A stretch of DNA of 64,000 nucleotides from Octopus vulgaris. Lineage: Eukaryota. Where the stretch lies: assembly GCA_951406725.2 (NCBI GenBank), contig OX597815.1, positions 211,358,001-211,422,000 on the forward strand. Direction: 5' to 3'. The translations under genes and the position numbers were made by a program. This document shows positions 39,640-53,863 of this stretch, piece by piece; position 1 is the stretch's first letter; each line of letters opens with the position of its first letter. The notes under the pieces are model-generated. The model worked only from the letters and a program-made list of their open reading frames with translations. It was not told the origin of the DNA and did not search any database.

Positions 39640-39940
39640 GACCAGTTACTGCAACAGCCTGGGTTTCAAGGGCCCACAGCTTTTTAATATTCTCCCAAAG
39701 AGTCTGAGGAACTTGCATAAAATAGATGTAGGGTTTTTTAAATCAAAGCTAGACCTCTCTCTGTCGTGAGTCCCAGATGAACCTACCTCACGACAAGAGG
39801 TGCAAATGAGGGTAGCTATATCAACCTCCATGCTTCACCAAGTGCCACATATTAGAGGAGGCTCTTAGTAATAACAGTGTAGCAAAATGGCGGTGCATCA
39901 GCATGGTCACAGATCTGAGCTGAAACTAGAGAAAAGAAAT
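39640..39940 (+). mobile_element. 3' fragment of the second LINE family
   Basis: YCNSLGFKGPQLFNILP...VPDEP followed by the same 3' tail. Confidence 0.8.
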
Positions 39941-39991
39941 AGGTGCACGTATTAAAGCCAATCTCGAGATCTAGGAATGAAATATACTTAC

Positions 39992-40227
39992 CATATTCAT
40001 GACAGTCAACACGTATGTCTCTACATCCTCATTTTTGTAATAATCCATCATAATCGGATCAACAACCACGAGTGTTTCTACATGTTTCTCTGATGAAATA
40101 GATCGTTTCATCCGTCTCCGAGAACTAACTCTTTTGACTGGAATCGTTAGATCGGGGTCAGAACCACCATCATCATTCCGATCATTACTTTCACTTTCGT
40201 TGTTTTCCTTTTCAGCATTCTCATCAT
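39992..40227 (-). CDS. ADAMTS7/12-like: ADAMTS exon B: acidic linker, furin site RRRMKR|SISSEKHVETLVVVD, start of the metalloprotease domain
   Basis: 236 nt, ttttgacag acceptor, ATG|gtaagt donor. Closely resembles the ADAMTS7/12 pattern RSISKERWVETLVVAD...YILTIMNM. Confidence 0.95.
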
Positions 40228-42081
40228 CTGTCAAAATGACAAAATATATACATCATCAGCAATATATAAAAATTAGAATTAATGCATATAGAACGTACTT
40301 TTTCCCTAGAAAAATGTCTTTAAAAATATCATCTCAGTTCCTAAATGCGAAGCTGAGCCTACCATAGTCCTTGAAATTGACCTGAATATGCGCTGCTGAG
40401 AGAGGGGTGCTTTGAATATGCACATTAATCTTTCATGCCGTTAAATGCATAAAATATTTCTAGTAGATAAATTAATTCCTTCCTAGCACTTATTTTAGGT
40501 TTAATAAAGCTAATCCAAGTAGACACTGCCGTGTTGTTTAGAAGCAAACACATGGCAGAAGGCGAAGTATTCAATCGATTGACCCCACTGTATATCAACT
40601 TCGGCACGTGTCGTACACGATAAGCTATGATTCATTCTAAGACTTGTGAATGAATTTAGAATGTATCTCTTCTTAGAATGGTATAAAACCTCTCTCGCCT
40701 AGTTTCACGATTTAAAGAATCCAAGAAAGGGTTCGTGAATATCTGATCGAAAAGGATAAAAACAGTTCCAGCTTACGAAGGAGTTCTCCCTAAAGCCCTG
40801 AAAACAGTATTGCAAAATATTTCTCAGATGATCTGCTCAGTTTATAACCCCTACATGCTCTCTGGTCGCCTTTAATGGAATCCATAGCGTAGCCAGAATT
40901 TGAAGTATCATTATTCTGGAGATAACTCAGAGTCTGGCAACCAAGATTCCTACTGTAACTACCCATGATCCATTGTAAAACCTTTCAACCGGTAAGAAAT
41001 AGTTGCAAAATCTCCCTAAAAAGTCAGATTCTGTCGTCTTAAACAACGATGGTAATTTTGGACGTTGTAGTCCCTAATCTGCCATTACGGGATATTCATT
41101 TGAAAAATTTGCTTATAAGTCCACTCGATCGAGTCTGACCTGGAGTTATGGCAACAATGCATGGGTCATGATACCTTTCTCCCCCTCCACCCAACACCAA
41201 AGCTGTCCCAAAGACCCACCAACCACAAAGGGTTGACATTATTGAAGGAAAAGAAAAACAGAGTTCAGCACCAAAACCGTTCATATAATAATAATTCTTT
41301 CTAATATAGGCACAAAGCTTGAAATCTGTGTGCAAGGGGTAATCAATTACATCGACCCAGAGAGAATGAAAGGTAAAGTTGATCACGGCGGAATATGAAC
41401 TCAGAAAGTAAAGACGGATGAAATGTTGCAAAGCATTTTGTCCGGAGTGCTTACGTTTCAGCCAGCTCGCCAATAATAATAATAGTAATAATGGCTTCAA
41501 ATTTTGGCACAAGGCCAGTAGGTTTTGAAAGAAGCGGGAGTCAATTACATCGACCCCAGTACTTGACTTGTACTTATTTCATTGACCTTGAAAGGATGCT
41601 AGACAAAGCCAACCTCTGCGAAATTTGATCACAGAATGTACAATTATAGGTCTACAGGTACAAGGCATGAAATGTTTTGGGTGGGGGAGGTGACAGTCGA
41701 TTACATCGGCCCCCAGCGCGCAACTGGTACTTATTTCATCGACCCCGAAAGGATGAAAGGTAAAGTCGACCTCGGCAGAATTTGAACTCAGAATGTAAAG
41801 ACGGACGAAATACTGCTAAGCATTTTCCCCGTCGTGCTAACGATTATGTCAGCTCGTCACCTTAATAATAATCTTTTCTACTATAGGCACAAGGCCTGAA
41901 ATTTTGAAGAAGGGGTAAGTCGATTACATCGACCCCAATGCTCAACTGGTATTTATTTCATCGACCCCGAAAGGATGAAAGGCATAGTCGATCTCGGCTG
42001 AATTTGAACTCAGAACGTAAAGACGGACGAAATGTCGCTAAGCATTTTGCTCGGCGTGCTAACGATTCTGCCAGCTCGCCG

Positions 42082-42124
<43 letters not shown>

Positions 42125-42151
42125 AAGAAGAAGAAGAAGAAGAAGAAGAAG

Positions 42152-42606
42152 GACCAAACAATAAAGTTTGCTTATTGATCGACATGAGCATCCCCTGTGA
42201 TCATAATATCTTGGCGAAAGTGTTTGACAAGCTCAGAAAATATAAAGACCTACTCATTGAAATTGAGAAAATGTGGCATCTCAAGGCGGTTACAATACCA
42301 GTGATCGTAGGAGCACTAGGAATGATCAAGAAGGGAACCGAAAATTATATGAGAATGATCCCTGACTTACCACCCCTGCAAGAAGTGCAAAAGATTGTCT
42401 TAACTGGTACATCACACGTATTGAGAAGAGCATTGTCGATGTGAGAATTACTACCCATGTATTTTAATTTAACTTAAAAAAAAAAATTAACGAACTATTG
42501 AGTTTAGTTTAATGGCCTACCAATGTATACTATGAGTTTCTTTGCCCTAGGAGTCGGGAAGACACTCGGCAAGAAATGGAAGCAAATTTGAAAGAAGAAA
42601 AAAAAA
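42152..42606 (+). mobile_element. R4/Dong-like non-LTR element 3' end (restriction-like endonuclease)
   Basis: LIDMSIPCDHNI..K...KLRKYKDL..EI.KMW....IPVIVGALG, then a 3' UTR and poly-A, with TAA repeats on both sides. Confidence 0.75.
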
Positions 42607-43635
42607 TAATAATAGTTTCTAAAACGACAGTGTGTATAATAATGTTTTAAATATAACCTCCAACATTAAAAAAATATATTTTAAAATTTTTTTTTTCTTT
42701 ACTGATGCTGTTACTTCATATTTTTCATGTTTAGAAATAAATAAATAAATAAATAAATATATAAAGTCACAAATAACTGAAGAAATATGCCATTTAAATT
42801 TCAAGTTTTGCTGTCCACAGACTATGAGGAGTAATATGATTGACAGACGGATGGACAGAGAGAGACAGACAGACAGACATAAATAGATAGAGAAATATAT
42901 TTGCTGTTTTTCTAATAAAGTTCTGTATCTGTCAAATTCTTAGAGTAATTGGCTGTAAGTGGGTATGTATATAAAGAGGTCGAGCTGGCAGAAACGTTAG
43001 CACGCCGGATGAAATGCTTAGCGGTATTTCGTCTTTGCCTTTCATCCTTTCGGGGTCGATAAAATAAGTACCAGTTACGCACTGGGGTCGATGTAATCGA
43101 CTTAATCCGTTTGTCCCTTCTGTGTTTAGCCCCTTGTGAGTAGTAAAGAAATAGGTATTTCGTCTGTCGTTACTTTCTGAGTTCAAATTCCGTCGAGGTC
43201 GACTTTGCCTTTCATCCTTTCGCGATCGATAAATTAAGTACCAGTTACGCACTGGGGTCGATATAATCGGCTTAATCCGTTTGTTTGTCCTTGTTTGTCC
43301 CCCCTCTATGTTTAGCCCCTTGTGGGCAGTAAAAAAATTAAAAAATTTTTAAAATAACAAATGATGACTGCAGGCTTGTTGTGGATTTGAACTCATGGAC
43401 CTAGGGAGGTGATAGTGAAATAATCTAAGCAGTTGATGGTCATTCCAGTTGCGTCACAATATCAGAAGCAGAATCAATAGACAGATCGAAACAAAAAGCA
43501 AAGAAAGAAATATTTCCTGCAAGAAGTTTGCCAAACACTTTCTGTTAGAAATGTAAAAAAGAAACGTGTGTACATGTGAGTGTGCGTGTATGTACGCGAA
43601 TGTGTGTGTATGCGTGCACACACACACACACACAT

Positions 43636-43668
<33 letters not shown>

Positions 43669-43763
43669 TCGCAAAAATATATATACATATGGGAATATGT
43701 GTGTGTATATATATATATATATGCACGCGTGTGTGTATGTGTGTATATATATATATATATATA

Positions 43764-44054
43764 TCTATATATAAACGGCAGTTTGTCTGTGTGTGTTTCT
43801 GTGTGTCTGTTAGGTTGTACCCTCACCCTGACCACGGCTTTCAACCGATTCTGATGAAACTTGACACACACATAGCCCAATGTCATAATTCAAAACTAAC
43901 ACAAACCACAGACTGTCTAGGGGACGCAACTCGACCTTTTTAACTAAAAAAAATTTACCATCATTTTTTTTTTCCATTTTTTGGCTATAACTCTCTAAAA
44001 ATGCTTTATAGTTATTTCCCTTACAAACCCGAGCAACGCCGGGCGATACTGCTA

Positions 44055-44055
<1 letters not shown>
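43764..44055 (+). mobile_element. Non-autonomous Helitron
   Basis: A|TCTATATATAAACGGCAG ... CCCGAGCAACGCCGGGCGATACTGCTAG|T. Confidence 0.8.
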
Positions 44056-44127
<72 letters not shown>

Positions 44128-44543
44128 TAGGGGGAGAGAGGGAGGGAGAGAGATACAAAAGTATATATGCATAAATGGAATATATATATACACATATGCA
44201 TATTTTATATATGTATGTATGTGTGTGCGTGCGTGTACGTATGCACATATTAACCCATTTTTACAAGTATGTTCTTCGAAATTTGTGAAATATCATGACA
44301 TTTATACCGAAGCAAAAGGCCGGGAGTTATTGTTTGGCTAATAATAGAAGCAAGAATCTCTGCCAAGAGAAGAGGGAAATGCTTCCATTGTTGCTGAATG
44401 ATAAAAGAAAGTGTTTCGCCGTTGCTAGTCATTCTGATCTAAATCTTTCTCAACCATATATTATTTGTATGAGTATTTGCTGTGTCTGTCTTGCAAAACG
44501 CATGCAGACACACACATGAAAACGCACACAAACACACCCCAAC

Positions 44544-44545
<2 letters not shown>

Positions 44546-44578
<33 letters not shown>

Positions 44579-44599
44579 TATATATATGTTTATATATAT

Positions 44600-44634
<35 letters not shown>

Positions 44635-44822
44635 TATATATGTTTATATATGTGTATATATATATATATGCTTATATATGTGTATATATATATGTATATA
44701 TGTGTGTATATATATATGTGTATATATATATGTGTATATATATATGTTTATATATATATGTGTATATATATATATATATATGTGTATATATATATGTGTA
44801 TATATATATATATATATGTGTG

Positions 44823-44920
<98 letters not shown>

Positions 44921-44935
44921 CACACATACACACAC
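44546..44935. repeat. (TA)n/TG compound microsatellite
   Basis: Seen directly in the sequence. Confidence 0.95.
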
Positions 44936-45638
44936 GAACACATATACAGAAACACCTACACAGACCCACGCGTTTATTTGGAAAGAATTTGCTTTTTAAA
45001 TTAAAAATTATCTTTAAAAATAAAACATACGAAAAATACATATTAAAAGATTTACTCAGACATGATGAAAGATCTTATTTTCTTGTGAAAGCATTTTCAT
45101 TTCTTTTGGGTAATATTTTCTTTTTTTTTTTGATAGTTTTTAATTTAAAAAAGAAAAAAAAACGCTCTTCCGCATATTGTATCAGGAACTTTTTCTTAAA
45201 ATTTTAAATATGAGTGTGCATGTGTGTGTGTGTGTGTACTTGCTTACGCATTCGCACGTGCCCGCCAACATTGCTAGTAAAATGCATTAATTCTATTACA
45301 GATGCATAAAACACACACACACATGGAAAGAGAACACAAATTACGTTTGAAATTTACAACATCCGTTTCGTTAGAATTTTATTATTGCATTCATAGGTTA
45401 CATTATACGTAACATATAATCCACCATCTACAGATAAAATTTAAACAGGTAAGATTTCAAGCAGGTGCGGTTTCATACATCGAACATGGTGTTGTTGGAT
45501 AAATGGTATTTTAAAAAATAGCATTCACATTTATAGGAAAATTAGGTTTGGCTTGAACAGGCGTGCACGAAGCAAAGGGATCAAAGGACTATATTTTTTT
45601 TAATTCACTTTTGTCTGTATGTATGTATAGGTGCAGGA

Positions 45639-46431
45639 GTGGGACCTGTGTCTGAACGTGTCAAAGTGCTGTCATCTGCCTGTCGGCTCTACTCCTGCAA
45701 CTCAACTTGATTTCGAGCCGGGTCGTCTGCTGCTGGAGAGGACCGATCAGGTAAAGGACCTGGGTATCTTGGTGGATTCCTCCTTTTCGCCTTCGGCCCA
45801 GTGCGTCCATGCTGCCAACAAAGCGCGCGGAATTCTGTTTTTGATTCGACGGTTATTCGGAGTGCTCACAGCAGCCATATTCCTGCCACTCTATGTCACG
45901 CTGGTGAGACCCATATTGGAGTATGGGATTCAAGCCTCTTCTCCTTATCTCCTCAAAGACATACAGCACCTCGAAAGAGTCCAGAGGCTGGCTACCCGCC
46001 TGGTTCATGGTCTCAAAAATTTGTCCTACGAAGAAAGGCTGAGGACGCTCGACCTTTATTCTCTTGAAAAACGCCGCCGCCGTGGTGATCTCATTCTCGC
46101 CCACAACATCATAAGCGGGAAGTGTAACCTCTCGAAAGAGCTGTTCTTCACTCCTGCTCTGGAGCGTCGGCTGCGGGGTCATTCCGAAAAGCTCTACCTG
46201 CGACGATTTCATCTCAATCGAAGGAGAGGAGCTTTCTCCGTCCGGGTTGCGGATCCGTGGAACAAGCTGCCAGATTAGATGGTGAAGATGCCGACGACCG
46301 CTTTGTTCAAAGCCTCCCTGGACCTCAAGTGGCCTGAACTCTTTACATGAACACCACCCTGTAATTAACTCCATGTCCCCCTACATGGCCTTGCTATTTG
46401 CTTTTGAGCCTAACTAACTAACTAACTAACT
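45639..46431 (+). mobile_element. Same CR1/L2-type LINE family, 3' end with UTR and (TAAC)n tail
   Basis: KDLGI, LVRPILEY, LERVQR.AT, RRRGDLI, RGH, WNKLP; near-identical to 31480-31760. Confidence 0.92.
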
Positions 46432-48547
46432 TGTCTAAATAAGTTTATAGCTAATATTGGTTTTGAAGACGAACAGGAATAAGAAATGCTGTAGCCTTGA
46501 ATTGACCATGATAGTCATTAGAACCAAGCCGATATTTTGCCCGTTAAGTGACATACCTTGTCGATATTTTGCCAGCAAAGAGATATATGCCTTGTCGAGG
46601 TCAAGACGACCTCGTTGTAAAATGGATGAAGTTGACGTGAAAAACTTGCAATATATTTATGTCTGAAACAACGATTCTTCAACCTTTTCCCGATACACAC
46701 ACGGATATACATACTCTTTTACTTGTTTCAGTCATTTGACTGCGGCCATGCTGGAGCACCGTCCTTTAGTCGAGCAAATCGACCCCGGGCCTTATTCTTT
46801 GTAAGCCCAGTACTTATTCTATCGGTCTCTTTTGCCGAACCGCTAAGTGACGGGGACGTAAACACACCAGCATCGGTTGTCAAGTAATGCTAGGGGGACA
46901 AACACAGGCACACAAACATATTCACACAGACATATATATATATATATATACATATATACGACAGGCTTCTTTCAGTTTCCGTCTACCAAATCCACTCACA
47001 AGGCATTGATCGGCCCGAGGCTATAGCAGAAGACACTTGCCCAAGATGCCACGCAGTGGGACTGAACCCGGAACCATGTGGTTGGTTAGCAAGCTACTTA
47101 CCACACAGCCACTCCTGCACCTATACATACAAACATATATACATACATACATACATACATACATACATACATACATACATACGTATATACATACATATAT
47201 AAAGGAGCTTTGGATCTAGGATAGAAACTGACTTACTCTATTGGCAAGAAATCTTGAAATAAAACTGAAAGACATAGATACGCACACTGCTGCCATGTTA
47301 TTTCAAAGTTGGTGCATCCCGCATAGCACAACTTCTGGCTGAAACCATTGAACGTAAAAGTAAATGTATGCGTGAACCTCTATAGATGTTCGTGTGGGCG
47401 CGCGTGCGTGTCTTGCGCAAATTTATATTTCAATCGATGAATATTTGATAAAAGATGAAACTCGTAGGCTCTCGGCGTAACTTGAGCTGCCAAATGCCCT
47501 GTGAGTGAGTTATACATATACGTGTGCGTGTGTGTGTGTGTGTGTGTAGTGTGTGTGTGTGTGTGTAGTGTGTGTGTGTGTGTTTGTGTGTAGTTGTGTG
47601 TGTGTGAGTAGAAAGATAGATAGATAGATAGATAGATATGTCACGCTGCATTATATTGCACACTCTACTTTTGCTTATATATGTAAGGAGGGAGAGAAAA
47701 AAGGAGAGAGAGTGGAATGAGAGAAGGAGGAAGGGAGGGACAGACAGCCAGCCAGACAGAGGGATATAGATAGATATATTTGTGTGCGTATAGATACGCA
47801 TGTATACACACGCACACACACACACGCGCGCGCGTATATAGACGAAAATACATACACACGCCTGTACGTCTCTGTGTACAAATACGATAAAATGCCACTC
47901 TGGCTCCATTCAAGGTGACCTTCACTTCCTAATATACCTTAATTACAACTGTTTCGACTGGGTCAACAATAGTTAAACGTATTAGCCATGGAGACTCCAC
48001 AATAACGTTGATTGGATACAGATCATAAGTCGTTTGGCTGGCAATCTAACACCCTTATTAACTTGAAAGTCTGTCACTCCCTGTAGGGTTCACTTTGATC
48101 CATAATAAAATGCTTCCCCTCTAGTTTTTATTTATAATTATTACATTTATCTTATGAGTACATACCATATTTTAAGTACTTTCTTATTTGCTATGTTAAC
48201 TGTTACTTGCTACACGGTATTTCCTTGCAAGCAATACCCGCCAAATCTTGCACTAAGCACACCCCAACATCGTGAAAAACAAAAAGGTTGCTGCTGCTGT
48301 AGTTATTAGCCCCAGGTCAGCGAAGATAAATAGATTTGTGGTCGTAGGCATTCCAAGCGTGACTATCAAGTCTGTTAATTTAGACAGTAGGTTATTTGAT
48401 TCAGTATGGTCTTCTTTTTTAAGAGGACAGGGAGTAACTCGAAGGAGATTTAGCTATTATATGTCTCACTTGAGCGAACTAGAGGATAACTTTGAAATAA
48501 ACGCCGCTATATACACTGTTTGAAAAATAAAAATGGAATTTTACAGG

Positions 48548-48860
48548 TGAGACGCCTACCGTGACACTTGCAGCGGCAACTTAGTGTGCTCAGCTACCAG
48601 CCCAGGCTCCGCTGCTCGTCAGGCCGAAAAAAGCAAACTGCCGAAGTGTTTGTCGTTTTCTAACAGGTTTATAGTTGAACCTATGCCATTGAAGACCTCC
48701 GGCGTTCTCGCCCTCCAGCTGTCTCCTGTGGAAGAGATAGCTGTCTGCAAGTGCGAGCCACGTGAGTCAGAATGGCTGTTTCAGCGCATCCTCCTGGCCA
48801 TCTTCCGGGGCAACGCCTTTGCCATATTGTCTGCTGGGACCATGAGGCAGTCTAAATAAC
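48548..48860 (+). mobile_element. CRE-like non-LTR element, restriction-like endonuclease C-terminal fragment
   Basis: AA.QAE..K..K...F..EP....T.G......FQRI.LAI.RGNA..IL motif. Confidence 0.65.
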
Positions 48861-49161
48861 AGGTAATCGAGAGAATGTAAGGGTTTTGTAGTTTATTGCC
48901 CGTGGTTGGCCAGTATACCATCCTGTTTTCTTTGGGCCGGGTTTATTTTATCAGGATCGATGAATGAGTAGAAATATATTTTACTCAGAATGAATAAGAT
49001 CTCTTTCCTTCTCTCTCATATATATATATACATATAGTGAGAATTTACAAGAAACAAAAGACGAAGACGGGTGTGTAAACAACAAACAGATGTATTAGTT
49101 TAACGCTCAGGAAGTGAGAAATTCTTTTACGTTTCGAGCCTACGCCCTTCGACAAAAAGGA

Positions 49162-49211
<50 letters not shown>

Positions 49212-49230
49212 TCGGTAAAACATAATCCGA

Positions 49231-49270
<40 letters not shown>

Positions 49271-50971
49271 CGTGCGGAGGAGTGGCTCTGTGGTAAGAAG
49301 TTTCCCCAGTCACATAGATCCGGGTTTCAGTCCCACTGTGTGGCACCTTGGGCGAGTGTCTTCCACTGTGGTCTCGGGCCAACCAAACCGTGTGAGTGGC
49401 TTTGGTGGACGAAAACTGAAAGAAGCCCTTCGTATGTGTGTGTGTGTGTGTCCACTGCCGCTTGGGAGCCGGGGTTGGTGTGCTTGCGTCCGCGTAACTT
49501 ACCGGTTAGGCAAAAGAGACTGATAGAATAAGTACCAAGCGGGGTCAATCCATTCGTCTAATATTACTCAAGGCGGTGCCTCAGCATGACCGCAGTCTAA
49601 TTACTGAAATATTTCTATATAAGAGAGAAAAAGAGCTACCTAGTTGTATACTATACTTAATGTAAAATTATCGTTGCAAGGCAATTTACATTAAGTATGT
49701 TGCATAGATGTTTATTTTAATTTCGCGTTGCTTCTAATGCATAGAACGATATAAATAAGAAGGAATGCAGCGATGCGGAGTGGGAATATCAAGAATATTA
49801 AATCAAGTGAGATTCATTTCATTCCACTCGCTACTTTCATTCATCTCATCCATATTTTCTTCTCGCTTCTCCTCTGCTACTTCTTCGTTCATTACTTAGT
49901 TGCCTTAGTAAAGTGGCCGTTAATATATTCAGTGTAGTGAGGAATACATTTTGATAAAACTTATACTTGCAATGAGGAGGAAAATACGTTATTTTAATGA
50001 CTAATTCGGGTTAAGATAAATAAGGGAGATAACTCGACAATTAGTTAATATCCAGTAGAAGATGTGAAGGCGCATGGCTCAGTGGTTAGAGCGTCGGGCT
50101 CACAATCATGAGGTAGCGAGTTCGAGTCCCGGGCCGGGTTGTATATTATGCTCTCGAGCAAAACACTTATTTCACGTTGCTCCTGTTCACTCAGCTGTAG
50201 AAATGAGTTGCGACCTCACTGGTGCCAAGCTGTATCGACCTTTGCTTTTCCCTTGGATAACATTGGTGACATGGAGAGAGAAGGCTGGTATACATGGGTG
50301 ACTGCTAGTCTTCTATAAATAACCTTGCCCGGACTTGTGCCTCGAGGGGTAGCTTTCTAGGTGCAATTCCGTGGTCATTCATGACCGAAGAGGGTTCTTT
50401 ACCCTTTTATACAGTAGAGGAGAATTTGATCCTTGTCAGTTTCCTTCTTTGGTTTACCTGTCCTCTTCACTCCATTAACTTGATTAATAATTTTTATCTG
50501 GTAATTCTTACGCAGAAGCGTCCACACAGTCCTGTAGCCCCCAAGTAATAACAGCTAAATATTCCTCAAAAGTATGCCCTAAGGTTTAAGAAAAAAAAAA
50601 GGATGCAGACAAATGATTTAGTCCCAGATAAATCTTAAAAGAGAGGATGATCACGATTGGATTGCTCTTGATTCATCGACCTAGAAAAGACGAAAGGCAA
50701 AGTTGAACTCATTGGAATTTGAATTTCGAACGAATAGAATTGGGACAATTACTGCAAGCTCTTCTACCCGACGCTTTAATGTCTTTGTCAATATTCCGCT
50801 TTTCACGCCGCAAATTGACAAAATCCACACCTACACCTACTTCATACAACTCCCCATACATGTGTATGGAACTTGCTATAAAGGCAGGTAGTAATTTTAC
50901 CTTGTCCTTATTCTTAGTGCAAGTTTTGGGGAGAGCAGTTCGATTTTAACAGTCATTTTTTCAAAGCTATA

Positions 50972-51973
50972 ATGGAAGTGACAAAGGAGAATATTCGGCA
51001 TATTTTGCTTTATGAGTTCAATAAAGGCAACTACGCAACGGAAAGTGCGAGGAATATTAATGCAGTATATCGGGATCGGACAATAAGAATAAGCCAGTGT
51101 CACGGGGATTCAAGAAATCCGAACCGGAAACTACAACCTAGAAATGAGCCTCGTCCTGGAAGATCTGTAGAGCTTGACGAGGACGTCCTGCAAATCTTGG
51201 TGGAACAAAATCCTATCGTAACTGTTGAGGAACTAACAGAGAAGCTTGGATTTGGTCATTCAACCATTCATCGACATCTGTGTGCTATCGGAAAAGTCAG
51301 CAAATCGGATCAATAGGTTCCTCACAAACTTTCCAAGTCTAATCGCGAGCAGAGAGTGAATGCTCTCACGTCTCACGAATGAATCTTTTTTGGACAGAAT
51401 AGTGACTGGTGAGGAGAAATGAGTTCTCTATAAAAATGTCAAGCACCGAAGAAAGTGGGTAGGGAAAGGAGAAACACCGGCACCCCAGGCTAAAGAAGGT
51501 CTTCAACCACTTAAGCTGTTGTTATCTGTTTGGTGTGATATGAACGGTTTAGTCCACTTTGAACTTTTAAACCAAAACCAAATGATAACAAAAGAGATCT
51601 ACTGCGAGCAACTTAAATCAGCGCAAGAAGAAAAACGACCGTCTTCGGTTTCAAAACGAAAGGTGTTTTTCTATCACGATAATGCTCGGCCACATACAAC
51701 GAGGATGACATTCCAAAGGCTGGAGCAGTTTGAATGGGAAACGATGCCCCACCCACCATATTCACCAGACATTGCCCATCTGATTATCATTTATTCTGCA
51801 GTCTTCAAAATCACTTGGACGGAAAAAATATGAATTCTGTAGACAAGGTCAGAATAGTACTGGAGGAGTATTTTTCGTCATGGACAAGTGAATTTTGGAA
51901 GAAGGGCCTTGCAAGTCAACCAGATAGATGGAAGAGCATTGTGGAAAATGAAGGAGAGTGTATTTTCGATTAA
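50972..51973 (+). pseudogene. Mariner (DD34D) transposase, frameshifted and with stops
   Basis: N-terminal IRHILLYEF HTH region, (W)VPHKL, TGEEK, HDNARPH, YSPDIA/PSDYHLF; 34 residues between the second and third D across the frameshift. Confidence 0.92.
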
Positions 51974-52755
51974 AAAAGAACTTTGTTTATCTTAATTTTG
52001 AGAAATAAAAGAAGTATAAAAAATCTCATGAGAAGGGGTGATAATCTGAAGAATTAAGGATGCTCCAAAGTCGACATACGATTGAGGAAAAGAACAGTCT
52101 TATTGTCCGGATTTAAGAAGACAGTCGTGAAACGTGTTTTAATAGCCATCATCTGCATAACACTAGTCCTGGCTTATCTCCAGTAGCCATTTAATTATGA
52201 CACATCCTCTAGAGAGTGAAATAATATAACTGAATCAGAAATTTATGTTGTAAGGCATTTGATATACCTGTATTTGCCCGTGGTTGAGATTTTATAGACA
52301 CACACACACACACACACATACACACACTTATGTGTGGAATTGTATCTGTAAAGAAACAGTTTTAAGCGTTTGGTATCCATGGCTAGCAGGCAATCGACAG
52401 CAAAATAACTTGTGTAAAACATTCTGTGTTGAATAGAAGAGCAACTCTAGACGAAAGCATTAAATGGTTTATGAGCAACTGAAATGAATGGGCACATTAA
52501 CTGGAATCTTCCATCCATTTAGATTCTCTTTATAAGGAAAGAGATACATTTCAGACTGACCTTTATAAAGCAAGCAGCCAGAAGGTGTATATATATATAT
52601 ATATATATATACATATATATGTATTACACACACACAGAGTGAGAAATAGCGAGCATTCGTAAATGAATGCCTGGCTATTTTAGCCTTCTATCTTCGATCT
52701 GTACTTTTGGAAATGTCTGGCTAGTTTCAAAATGTTTGTATAAAAGTGTCAGTGA

Positions 52756-52795
<40 letters not shown>

Positions 52796-53863
52796 TTGCA
52801 GCCAGTTTCTGGACGTATGCCAGGGAAAATATAGTGCATTCTTCTCGTTTTTATTTCGCTACGGAATTCCATTGAAAACCGGTTACCCCATACAAAACTA
52901 ATACAAGTGTCTTAACAATTAAACTCCTCAAGTTCTTGTGTCGTTGTCGTTATTGTTCTTGTTCCTGTTTTTATTTTTAATGTTGTACTTATTGCTGTTT
53001 TGTTGTTAGTAATCGACAAGTATTTTATTCTGTCTGCTAACATATTTGTATTTGGTATTTTAATGTTATGTAATTGTGGTAGCGCACATTTAATGTCATC
53101 GTGACTATCTGAATTGCCCTTGCCTACTGTAGCATCAAGAATTTTACAATAAGCAATGACTGAGAGATGCGCACGACATTGACATACTTTTTTCTCAGAG
53201 GAAAGGATATGCTTAAACTCTATAGACGAAGCCAATTTATTGACAAAGGGCGACGTGGTGAATAATCTTTTGTCAGTACATTACATTGATACATTTTATG
53301 TTTTAACTGTAGTTACACAGCTTGAGGCTGTCGTTTCGCAGAATTTTTGGAGCGCTAGACACGCCTTGCGGTATTTACACCGGTATTATAAGGTGGCGAG
53401 CTGGCAGACACGATAGCACGCCGGGCGAAATACTTAGCGGTATTTCGCCTGCCGCTACGTTCTGAGTTCAAATTCCGCTGAGGTCGACTTTGCCTTTCAT
53501 CCTTTCGAGGTCGGTTAAATAAGTACCAGTTACGCACTGGCGTCGATATAATCGACTTAATCCATTTGTCTGTCCTTGTTTGTCATCTCTGTGTTTAGCC
53601 CCTTGTGGGTAGTAAAGAAACAGGTATTCACACCGGTTCTTTATGTTCTGAGTTCAAGTCATGCTAAGGTAAACTTTACTTTTCAGGCTTTCGAGTTCGA
53701 TAAAATAAAATATCAGAGTGGTACTAGATTCGATTTGATTGACTATCACCCGCCCCACCAATTTGTAATTTTTGTACCTTTGTTAGAAACAAATGTAAGG
53801 ATAGCTATCGGTACACACACACACACACACACACAATATGATTATATATATATATATATATAT

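Noticed and set aside
50068-50140. tRNA-like sequence with A and B boxes
   Set aside because: It continues into the SINE C body and has no complete acceptor stem, so it is a SINE head rather than a tRNA gene.
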